From: Gonapodya sp. JEL0774
Taxonomy: Eukaryota
Length of the DNA stretch: 59,964 nucleotides
Direction: 5' to 3'
NCBI GenBank assembly: GCA_027604505.1
Contig: JADIIX010000138.1
Location: 1 to 59,964, forward strand
Positions 50,073 through 59,964 of the stretch are shown here, one piece after another; positions within the stretch are counted from its first letter, which is position 1, and each line of letters starts with the position of its first letter. The notes under the pieces were generated by a model. The model was not told the origin of the DNA. It did not search any database and saw nothing but the letters and a program-made list of their open reading frames with translations. The translations under genes and the position numbers were made by a program.

Positions 50073-52346
50073 TCATCTCCTGGTTTCCAGCGCCACATAC
50101 TCTGCCCCGTCCACCTTTTTCGTGTCTGACTTCAACCCTGCTCCCGCCACTTTCCCAGCACCACCCGCGTCCTTGTGCTTCGCAGTGGTCAGGACCACCA
50201 CTCCCGCCACCACCACGACGCTCCCCGTAACAGTGAACCAGTCCGGAACCTCCCCCCAAAGCAACCACCCCCACACAAACGAATACACGATCTGGGTATA
50301 CCCAATGGTACTTGCCCGGGCTGCCTTCTCCCGCTGGAGCCCCATAGTGGACAGCGTCTGTCCCACCACGCCACACACGGCCACCACCGCGTAGAGCGCG
50401 ACCGTTTCCCATCGGCGGGGCAGGACCCACGGTTGGTCAGGGAGGGCGGCGAGGGAGGCCAGGGATGCGAGGGTGGTGAAGAGCGAGAAGGCGAATAGGA
50501 GTTGGATGGGTGACGCGCGCAAACCGACTTTTCGGACGCAGATGCCGGCGCAGCTACCAACAAAGGCGGACCCGAGGGCGGCAAGGACGGGCAGGAGAGG
50601 GGGGGAGGAGAGCGGTGGTGTGGCTGTGGTGGAGAAGGAGGCGGCGGCGGCGGCGGCGGCGGCGGAGGCGGATGGGAAGGACATGTCCGTGGGTGTGTCG
50701 TCCGACTGTGGGACGGGTTGGGGTGTGCTGCCGGTGCCAGTGAAAGTGGGAAGCAGGGCGAGCAGGAAGGAGGGTTTGGCGATGAGGAGGACTCCAAAGA
50801 GGCAGACCAGGGTGACGGTGGCTTCGAGGACCTATCACAGGGTGGGTGGGGTGGTGGAGGGGGGTAAAAGGATACGTGAAGCGTGGCGTATTGCGCAGCA
50901 GAAAGCACCAATTCGGTAGTGTCAACATATCCTCCCTCTGTGTGACACCACCGTCACCCTCATCCACCAACCCCAAACTCACCCCCCACCTCTCCCCCAA
51001 AAAGTACACCGCCAACAGACCCGTCCAAATCGGATTGGTGTGCGCCATAACCACCGCGTCGCTCAGCTTGAGTTGCCCGAGCGCGTAGTAGTAGCACACG
51101 GTGGACACGCTCGAGAAGAGGCCGCGGAGGACCAAGAGGGGCCGCACCTCGCGGGGGAAGAACCCGCCCGCGGGGTGGGAGAGGAGGATGGCGAGAGTGG
51201 AGGAGAGGAGGGAGAAGGAGCAGCGGACGAACATGGTTTGGAAGGCCGGCGGAGGGTGGGTGGGGTCGGAGAGGGGGATGGATTTGATACTGGGGTGGGG
51301 GTAACAGGTGTGGGAGGTTTGTGAGGACGGTGCGAGGTGAGTGGTGGGGAACAATAACGGAGAGGGGATGTCAGGAAACAAGCGGTAGAGACACACGTAC
51401 GCTGCAGCCATGACTGGTACGAGGGGGTAGTGGGCAGGCGGCAGAGGGTACGTGGTAATATAAGAGCGTTGCCGTGTCAGTGAACAAACGCGATTTTTTT
51501 TTTTTTTTTTGCCACACTCGGGAGGAAAGCTCCAGGTGGGTTTACAAGGGTGAACGTTCACCCACACGCACATTCTCGGCGACTGGCCGGCCCCCGTGTT
51601 CCATCCTACGTGATCACCCGCCACCACCCACCGAGCCCCGCCTTCCCACGTGTAGGTGGTGAGAAAAGAGCGATGTCCGTGTCAGTGAGCAAAAGTGGTT
51701 CGCTGTTTTTGCCACACTCGGGGGAGAGCTCCTGGTGTAGTTACAAGGGTGATCCCGGACCATGCCGCACCGGGGCACGCATCAAACCCAGCACCGGCCC
51801 TTCCACCCCCCATCGCACCCGACGGTATCACATCAACTCACCCGAAAACACCACCGCAGCCGCAGCGATGAGCGCGATGCCGGAGACGCTGGCGGGACCC
51901 TTCTGATCGGGACCTTTCCCCTCGTCCTCGGCGCCGTCGTCGACGACCACCCCGTCCACCTCCACGCTCATGTTCACGTCCACGGTGGACCTCGATCGCG
52001 ATCCCACTCCCGTCGATCTATTGCGTGCCTCCCCTGCACCCACCCTGGGCCAGCTCATGCTCCCGTGGGTGTCCTTGACCGTGCCCGCCTGGACGAGTCC
52101 AACAGCTTCGTCATCGAGGAGACGCTTGACAGAGGAGGTGCGGAGGTTAGAGGTGGACAGGGCGAGTTGAATGGAAGAGGCGAAGGAGGCGGAGGCGGGG
52201 ATGGGAGGGAGGTGGCTTGCGGTGGAGGCGGGTGCCTGGGGTGTGTGAGAGGGGAGTCGGGTGGGGGAGGGAGAAGGAAGCGGGGATGCGGTCCCGCGGG
52301 AGAGGGGAACGTAGTAAGTCCGCTGGCTGGCCGCGGTGGGAGACAT
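50073..52346 (-). CDS. EamA/drug-metabolite transporter family membrane protein (SLC35G1/YMR253C-like)
   Basis: FQTMFVR, LLVLRG, YYALGQLKLSDAVVMAHTNPIWTGLLAVYFLGE, GVLLIAKPSFL, GQTLSTMGLQREKAARASTIGYTQIVYSFVWG.LLWGEVP. Confidence 0.88.
51473..51752. repeat. Two imperfect copies (about 75-80 bp) inside an EamA intron, one with an expanded poly-T run
   Basis: cgtgtcagtga.caaa...tttttgccacactcggg.g.a.agctcc.ggtg...ttacaagggtga at about 51473-51553 and 51679-51752. Confidence 0.8.
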
Positions 52347-53232
52347 CAGGATGGGCGGATAGGGATGCTGCGGTGTGCGATGTTTGTGTATTTGAATGTC
52401 TCGGAAGTGCCGGAGCGAATGAGCTGTGTGCGAAGAAAGGCCAAGCGAAGACACCAAAATGCTGCGGTGGCGATCGGGCTTCCAGGCGGTGATCAGAACC
52501 AGAGGTTTCATGGCAAAGATGTCAGCAGTCACTACGTACACTGCAGCTATAACTGGCGGAGGAGGACAGGGGTAGGGTGTAGGGTGTGAGAAAAGAGAGT
52601 TGCTGGTCAGCCAACGAACAAACTCTTGTTCCCACAATTGGAGAGATCTTCTATAACAACATGTTTCACACACACAAGTATTGCTCCCTCCGTCAAACTC
52701 TGCCCAAATATGTCGCACCGGGTTGCCGGTTTCCCACCAACGCCGGTCCTCCAACCTCTCCAACCTCCAAGACAAAAGACTGATGTCGGTGGTGCCGCGG
52801 TGCGCTTTGGGGCTGTGGAGCTGTAGCGGGACATCTTTGAGGTTTCGAGGGTTGTACAAAACTTGTATGGCAATTTTAAGAACAAGATTGTAACATTGGA
52901 CAACAATACTATGGTCACATTTTTACTTTCCCCAACTAGTAACTCTGGACTTTCCCCGTAACACCTCTAATACATTTCATTTTTATCGTTTACGTCGGTA
53001 AGTTGGGGAACGTGCGACTTTGCTCGGCAAAGTGCAACTTCAAACCATTCGCTTGACGACACGAAAGTTAAATTACGACCTGAGTGGTGTGGAGCAGGTA
53101 CGGTGCACAGACGGACTTGCGTGTTTGTTTTATTGATACACAAATCGTGGATCGTCTCTCCTCTCCCTCCGAGTCGGCTGTGCGAGTGACCTCAGGGACA
53201 CACGGCTCCTCTTTGAATTGATATCTGGTCAA

Positions 53233-53886
53233 CTACAGGCGGGAAACAGCTGCACCAATTCCGCCACCAAGAACGGCGCAGACTCCGACCTGAGAAAAAG
53301 CAATGGAGTGTTAAACCCGCGTTGTCAGTGGAGCGAATCAAGTGAAGATCAACACACCGTCGAAAGACTCGTTCTAGCCAATGAGCGCCAAGTCACAAAA
53401 ATAATAGGAAAAGAAAAGTTAAACAACAAAGCACGACTGATGCGGAAGCAAGGGCAAGGGCACATACCCTCCAATGAGCGCTGATGCCAAAGCGTATCCC
53501 ACAGACAAGGTCGCTCCGGTTGCAGCACCGAAAATTGCCTGCTTGGTCTGAAGGGGCACATTGAGAGATGCGACCCACTCGGCAAAGGGCTTTGTGGTGT
53601 CTTGAAAGATGGCCGTAACGTTACGGATGGGGTGCCCTTCAGGGAGGGGGTAAGGAGGAGCGGTCGTTCGCGTTGGCTGAGTTATGATGGCACCCTTCCC
53701 AAAGCTCTCTGCTTCCTCGACGGATGATGCGGTGACAGTCTCCCACTTTTCCATTGCTATGGGGTGCCCTTCAGGCTGGGGGCAAGGAGGAGCGGTCGTT
53801 CGCGTTGGCTGAGTTATGATGGCACCCTTCCCAAAGCTTTCTGCTTCCTCGACGGATGATGCGGTGACAGTCTCCCACTTTTCCAT
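53233..53886 (-). CDS. Small glycine-zipper membrane protein A with a duplicated 44-aa N-terminal unit
   Basis: First in-frame ATG 53886; exons 53886-53468, 53373-53358 (16 nt), 53289-53233 (57 nt) give ...IFGAATGATLSVGYALASALIGG|TSLST|VGVCAVLGGGIGAAVSRL*. Confidence 0.65.
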
Positions 53887-53890
53887 TGCT
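53627..53890. repeat. Near-perfect 132-bp in-frame tandem duplication
   Basis: 53627-53758 and 53759-53890 differ at only a few bases; unit AMEKWETVTASSVEEAESFGKGAIITQPTRTTAPP(C/Y)P(Q/L)PEGHPI. Confidence 0.95.
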
Positions 53891-54100
53891 CTCTTGGGAA
53901 TTGGATCTTCTTTCAACAGTCCAGAAAAGGTGGATGCTGTGACCACTTTTGGCGTCAGATTAGCCAAGATAAGCCATAGGGCCTCAGCTTGCTATGGATA
54001 AGCCATAGCTGCTGTGGCGAAACCTCTGCTACTCCTTATTAGTCTACGTGTCTTTTGTTCGTTGCTGTGACCACTCTCCACGACAACGCGGAAATAGGAA

Positions 54101-54862
54101 ATGACTTTAAACGAGCTCAACGGCTTCAAATTTGATGTCAAGGACCCCATTACGGGTATCCCAACCTACTTCATCGTGGCCGGCCTGTCTGTTGCTGCTG
54201 GGAATGCCCTCAAATTCGCGCTGAACCCCGCTGATCCCTCAGCGCAAGTCTCCGAGGAATTCCTCCAGTTTCTCCGGACCCCGGCAGCGTGGAATGCGCT
54301 GAAGAACGCCATCCTACAGATGGGTGGTGCGGTCAAGGACGCCGCGGTTTCGGGGTGGAACATAACGCTTAGCGTGGTGGCGTCGCCGCTTGGAAGAGTG
54401 ATACTCGGCGTCACAGTATGTGTGATGCGCTCGATCCCCTGTGTGATGTCATTTATCTCGTAGGATCGCTCGCTTCCACTCCAAGATCGCCGTTGTGGTT
54501 TCCCATATTGTCCTCGACATGATTGCGCACGGCGTGGAGAAAAAAATCATAACCCCCAAGGGTGGGCGAGTGCTCAGCCACGGGGTGGTTGGCGGGACTC
54601 TGGGCTTCGGATTGTCAGCGGCCGGAGCGGTGCTGATTGCAACGAACCCGTAGGTTTTTGCTTTTCCCTGCCAAGCTGAGGCTGTCCCAGCTCACCTTCT
54701 TCTAACACATAGGGTTGGTTGGGTAGTTGTAAGTTTGATCTCCACCCGGCCTGCTTCTTGAACCCCCTGTTTGATGTTTTGTTCCTCATGTAACACTCCA
54801 AACAGGCCGCTGCGACTGGAACCGGAGTGGTCTTAGGCGGCCTCACTGGATTGCTAGAGTAA
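54101..54862 (+). CDS. Small glycine-zipper membrane protein B with an NPVGW motif
   Basis: Exons 54101-54415, 54486-54649, 54713-54728 (16 nt), 54806-54862 (57 nt) give ...SHGVVGGTLGFGLSAAGAVLIATNP|VGWVV|AAATGTGVVLGGLTGLLE*; CTAAC branch point at 54702. Confidence 0.72.
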
Positions 54863-55055
54863 TTCCGATCCGATTAGGAAATTTAGAGAGAAGACAATGA
54901 ATAAATGAGAGACACTCGGGGCACTGAGTCATATTGTGGGAGTGGACCTTGCACGGGGAGGGAGGGAGGGAGGGCGATCTTCGCAAAAGGGAAGACAGCA
55001 GGGAGTTTGTGGGATGGAATAGAAACGCGAGTTTGAAAGAGAAGAGTGAGGAAGG

Positions 55056-58000
55056 ATGGGACCAGAAGGAGAAGAAGAAGCAGAAGAGCGGAGCATAATT
55101 GCCATCGATCTTGACTGGTGGGTTGGGAGGGGGGGGGGTGGAGGGGAGAGTGGGGAGGGAGGGGAGGAGGAGGGCGGAGACAGACAGGGGAGGGAATGGG
55201 AGACAGTGGAGGGAGAATCAGATGAGGCGATGCAGCAGGCTGGGTGTGTGGTGACTCACGGGTGTCTCCCGCTCCCCGCCTCACACCCCCTCACACACAC
55301 CCCCGCCACTCTCCCTGCGCAGCTTCTACGCCCAAGGTGCGATCGATCGATCGATCCCTGCGTCCCTGGGCACCTCTCACCGCCCTTGTCCCCTCTTGTG
55401 CCCCCTTGTTCCCCCCGTGTCCTCCCCGGTCCACCCCCCAATCACCCATTCCCCCCAACCACCCCTACCACCCCTTCCCCCCTTCCCCCCATCACCACCC
55501 ACCGATCCCAGTGGAAGAACTCAGAAACCCCGCTCTCAGGGGGAAACCACTCGGCGTCAAGCAGAAGTCGATATTCGCAACAGTCAACTAGTCCGTACTC
55601 CCGTACTCCTCCATCCCGTCGCCCCCCTTCTAACACCACTCTCACCCCTCTTCTTTCCTTCCTCCTTTCCTCCGCCGCAGCCCCCGCTCCCCCCGCTCCG
55701 GGGGGGAGCGGGAGTGGCCAGGCCCCACCCNNNNNNNNNNTCCTCCCCATCCCCCTCTCCCCCCTCTCCCTCTCAAAGCGTGAGTTGCCATTCCACCTCA
55801 TACGTTCCCCCACTGTCTCCTTTGTCGCGGTTCCCGTGCCCAGTCAAGCACCACAGTTCGTGCACTGCGTTCCTCTGACCCACTCACTCCCCCCCTCCCT
55901 TTCCCCCCCTCTCCCCTCTGCCCCACACGCCGCGCCCCCCCCCACCCCCCAACCCCAAAACCCCCAACCCCACAACCTCACCCAGCCCGCCCGCCACCTC
56001 GGCATCTCCAAACTCTCCTCCATCCGCTCCGCACTCGCCATATGCCCCCACATGCACATCGTCGACGGCGAAGACCTCACGCCCTACCGGCGGGCCAGTC
56101 GCCTGGTCCTCCACACCGTCAGGGCTGCGGTTGGTGCCGGGGGCGGGGATGGAGCTGGAGCTGCAGGAGAGAATGCCGGAGGCGGAGCCAGGGCTGATGG
56201 GCGTGATGGAGGTGTGCAGGTCGTGGGGAGTGGGAGTGGGAGTGGGCGTGGACAAAACACACGGAGCGGTGTCGGTGGGGATTCGGATGAGTTTGAGTTT
56301 GGGGACGATGATGAGGGGGATTCAACCCATTTTGGGCATTCGGGTGATGGTGATGGTTCGCCCCGTTTTGGAGATCGGGGGCCCTCCGACACCACTTCCC
56401 CTTCCCCTTCCACCTCCTACTTTGGCACATGCCCCGTCGAACGCCAGGGCCTCGACGAACTGTTTCTGGACGTGTCCGACCTGGTGCGCGTGCACAGGGA
56501 CAAACTGCGGCGGGGGTTGGTCGAGAGGAGGGGTGGGGTTGGGGTTGGGGTTTGGNNNNNNNNNNGGGGCTCACGTGCAGAGCGATGGAGCGGCCGCCGC
56601 CGGAGATGGATCGGGTCACCACCCCCACCAACACCCTCCCGCCCCACCACCACCCACCCTCCAACTCTTCTTCGCCCTGCCCACCTTCACCCTCCCCTCG
56701 GGCAAAGTGTCCCGCGGGTTCTGGTACGCGGCGGACCAGGTGGCAGGGGAGGTGTGGGCGGCGGGGTCGGCCGAGGGGGAGGGAGGGGGACAGGAACAGG
56801 AACAGGAACAGGAAAAGGAACAGCAGAACGGGGTGGGTGCTCAGCAGGGTGAGCACACGCACGCACACGCACACGCACACCGACCCACACCCCCCACCCC
56901 CGTCCCCGGCCCCGTTCCCGTCCCGGCACCGGTGGTCCCCCCCTCCCTCCTCCTGGCCTCCCACCTGGCCTCCCACCTGCGCCATCTCATCCACACCGTA
57001 TGCGGTTACACCACCTCTGCGGGCATCTCTGTGTCCAAACTGGTGGCCAAATTGGCCTCCGAGCACCGCAAACCCGCGGCGCAGACCGTGGTCACCAACG
57101 ACGCGGTACAGCGGTTCGTGGCCACCCACGAGGTGGGCAGGATCAGAGGCGTGGGCGGGAAGATGAGGAGGATTTTGCAGGACTTGGTAAGGGAATACGG
57201 GGGGGTGGGCGGGGGCCCCGAGTCGGGTGGGGGATGGGGATGGGACCACCCCCAGGCCCACCCCATCACCCCATCACTCGCCGTGCCCCTCCTCATGTCC
57301 CTCCCCGCCGCAACCCTCGCGCACCATGGCGTCCCTCCCACGCTGGTGTCCCTCCTGCGCGGCGAGGACGCGACCCCGGTGGTTCCCACGGGTGCGGCCA
57401 AGACGGTGTCGGTGGAGGATTCTTTCGCCAAGGGGGTGGGCTTGGGGGGGTGGGCGGAGATGGACAGTAGGGTGGAAGGGCTGTGTCACAAGTGGTTGGA
57501 ACGGTGCGAGGAGGAGGAGACCGATGTGGACGTGCACGTGGACACGGCGAGCACGGAGGCGGGGGCGGCGCGGTACGCCGCCGGGTCGACACCTGTGTGG
57601 CGCCGCCTCCCAACCTCCCTCCGCGTGTCCATCGCGCTCCGCAGGCCCTCGGACCACCCCCACCTCTACCCCTCCCGCGTGTCCCTGTCGCTCACCCCAC
57701 CTCTGCCCATCTTCACCCTCACCACCCCGCTGTCCCACCGGGCCGCCCTGATGGCCAAAGTGTGCGCTGCGGCGGTGAAAAAGCTGGCGGGAAAGCACGG
57801 TAGGTCGGTGGAGGATGTGGTGGTGGTGAACGTGGCAGGCGTGGGGTGGAAGGAGGTGAAGCGGGGCGGGGGCGGGGGCACAGCGGGAGCCGGGGCGAGG
57901 GCGAGGGGGATAGGAGAGTTTTTTTTGGTCAGGGGGCCGCCGCCGGCGGGGGGGCCGGAGCGGGAGCGGTGGTCTGGGAGTTGGGACGCACATGGGGAAC

Positions 58001-58722
58001 TCGGCACGCCATCGGGGGGGAGGAACCCAGTGGTACCTGCACCACCTCCACCACCGAACCCCGATCCCACCTCCACTCCCACGTGCGCCACACGACCACC
58101 ACCACCACCACCACCACCACCGCCACCCGACGAAGACATATCCGACTCTGAATCCGGACCCCCTCCGTTCTCGCCCGGTCTCGACCCGGCCACACCGCAC
58201 ACGACGACCGTCCCCGTCCCCGTGGCGAGCCCCGAGCCGCCAAAGGGGATGCGGCCCCTGCACAAGATTCCGGGGATGGTGGGGCGGGTGGGCGGGGGCG
58301 GGGGTGGTGGTGCGGGGGCGGCGGGGAAGGGGAAGGGGATGGGTGGTGGGGTCGGCGGGACAAAGTCCCCTGGAACGCCGACCCCGCCACCACCACCGAC
58401 AACGGGAGGACCAGGACAAGGGCCAACACTGACACCGGCACTGGCACCGGCCCCGGGACGTGCGGTGTTGTCCCGACTTGGGATATCGGACGCCTCGGTT
58501 TTTGCAGAGTTGCCCGAAGATGTGCGCGCAGAGATTGTGCGAGGCGGGTGGGTGCAAGGGGGCGGGGTGGCGGCGGGGACGGTGGGGACTGTGGGCGCGG
58601 GAACGGGTGGACCGAGGGGGAAGAAGAGGAAGGCGGAGATGGGCAAGGGTGGGGCGGGTGCGGGTGCGGGGGGTTTGGCGGGTGGCCCGATGGATCGGTT
58701 TGTGAAGAGGAAGGCGGTGTAG
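55056..58722 (+). CDS. POLI: Y-family translesion DNA polymerase, iota type
   Basis: RSIIAIDLD|.FYAQ|VEELRNPALRGKPLGVKQK, GEDLTPYR, VERQGLDELFLDVS, GYTTSAGISVSKLVAKLASEHRKP..QT, IRGVGGK, KTVSVEDSF, and C-terminal UBM-like SVFAELPEDVRAEI. Interrupted by two N gaps. Confidence 0.88.
55731..55740. other. Assembly gap (10 N) in a POLI intron
   Basis: Run of n in the sequence. Confidence 0.99.
56556..56565. other. Assembly gap (10 N) in POLI coding sequence; the reading frame changes across it
   Basis: Run of n; conserved motifs lie in ORF 55056.. before the gap and ORF 56131.. after it. Confidence 0.95.
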
Positions 58723-59964
58723 GTGGGTGCAGGTTGCGGAATGGTGGGGACGGAATGGGTGCAAGGGAGTGTTGCAGAAGTGGTTGCATAATTGCATGCG
58801 TTATTGATTTAGTTACATAAATTATTTTATGGTGGGGTTTGTTCATCTTTGGGCGTGGTGTATGACAAATTTGTGGGAATTGTCAGTTTATTCACGATAC
58901 GTTGGGTGCTGAGTTGGTTGCGTGAGTGAGTACGCTCAGGAATGTAATTGTTCGTTGTTGGGCGGCCCCGCAATGGTTGGACACAAAATTAATTTATAGC
59001 GGAAATTACGCAGAGAGACAGTGCTCTATCAGTTCTGCCTACAGTCACCCCCGCTCGCCCCCTCTTCCCTCGTCCGGCGTCGAAACTGGCGCACTCCTCA
59101 TGAGGGACCGTCGGACTGCCCGTTGCCGACAAAAGAAGCTTCGGGCTTCTCAGCTGGGTCTGCCGGCTGGATCGTTTTAATAGAATGTTTCAGATCCTGT
59201 CCCGGACAGCTCGCAAAGAAACAATGGTTGGATGTGGGCCACCCAGGCTCCTTGCAGGGAGCAAGTGGGGGGCAGACAACCCATCCCGTGATCAAACCGA
59301 CGCCATGAAACGCTGAGGGTCCGAACTTGGAGCTTAGAACTGCGCACAATCGACGTGAAATCAATCACGTCACTGATGCGCATTCTAAATACCTGGTCGC
59401 AGCGTTCTCAGACTGATCAGACCCCGTGTACGAATCAGACAAAGGGGGGAAGGGGCAATACAATAATATGAGGGTCACTTTGAGCCTGCGAAACTCCCGT
59501 CGCTTGTGACAGAACAAAGTGTGTAAAAGGTTACAGGGAGCAGGGATGGGTCGACTGCCTGAAGCTTTGCTGGTGCCCCTCTTGCCTTGCTGCCAAAGCT
59601 CATCAGCACCTCGCGACTTCATCAACGTGAAACTCTCCCGATTCGCGCATCAATGGACGCCAATCGTGCCACCAAGCTCACTTCGCAACGTGCCGCACCG
59701 ACCATCACGGGATCCCAGGAGATCTTTGACGAGGAGGACGAGGAGGACGTACCTGGGACAGCCGGGGGAGCGTTACCAGTGCTCGAAAAAGTTGCGGTCA
59801 AGGGATGGAAAGAAAGGACAGAGAGGGAGGTGAGCGCAGTACGGTCGGGTGGGATCACAGGTGTATGTAAGCAAGCGAAGCTGACAGATGCATCCCTGTG
59901 ATTAATAAGTACCAGTCGGAGACAAGACTCGGCCATGTTGAGCACACGCTTTCATTGGTACTTC

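Noticed and set aside
56556..56565. Apparent frameshift in POLI suggesting a pseudogene or programmed frameshift
   Set aside because: It coincides with an N gap of arbitrary length.
56119..58846. Long antisense and alternate-frame ORFs over POLI (e.g. 57274-58797 minus), and similar ones over the myotubularin, SPX and EamA genes
   Set aside because: Shadow ORFs caused by stop-poor GC-rich coding sequence.
58926..59964. Short ORFs on both strands at the window end, including an acidic EEDEED stretch
   Set aside because: Strand and frame could not be determined and no family motif was seen.

Overview
Gene-dense, intron-rich eukaryotic DNA with short GT-AG introns (a few GC-AG) and many micro-exons. 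The gene set (Chs7, Hsp12, a hevein/CBM18 domain, Mortierella-type PUFA enzymes, Pol iota) points to an early-diverging, probably zoosporic, fungus; this is inference. About 25 spliced protein genes were reconstructed by hand. Main observations: (1) a compact three-gene module, delta-5-type front-end desaturase <- -> GLELO-type elongase -> <- MBOAT lysophospholipid acyltransferase (10209-15962), that forms a coherent GLA->DGLA->arachidonate route; (2) a head-to-head pair of diverged glycine-zipper proteins with identical 3' exon architecture (53233-54862); (3) a 501-nt structured GC-AG intron in NOP10, a candidate snoRNA or regulatory RNA; (4) a secreted carboxylesterase with a C-terminal CBM18 domain; (5) an Rv2258c-like methyltransferase ending in the peroxisomal signal AKL. 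No rRNA, tRNA, CRISPR array or recognisable transposon was seen. Family assignments come from remembered motifs, not database searches, and exon boundaries need RNA-seq confirmation.
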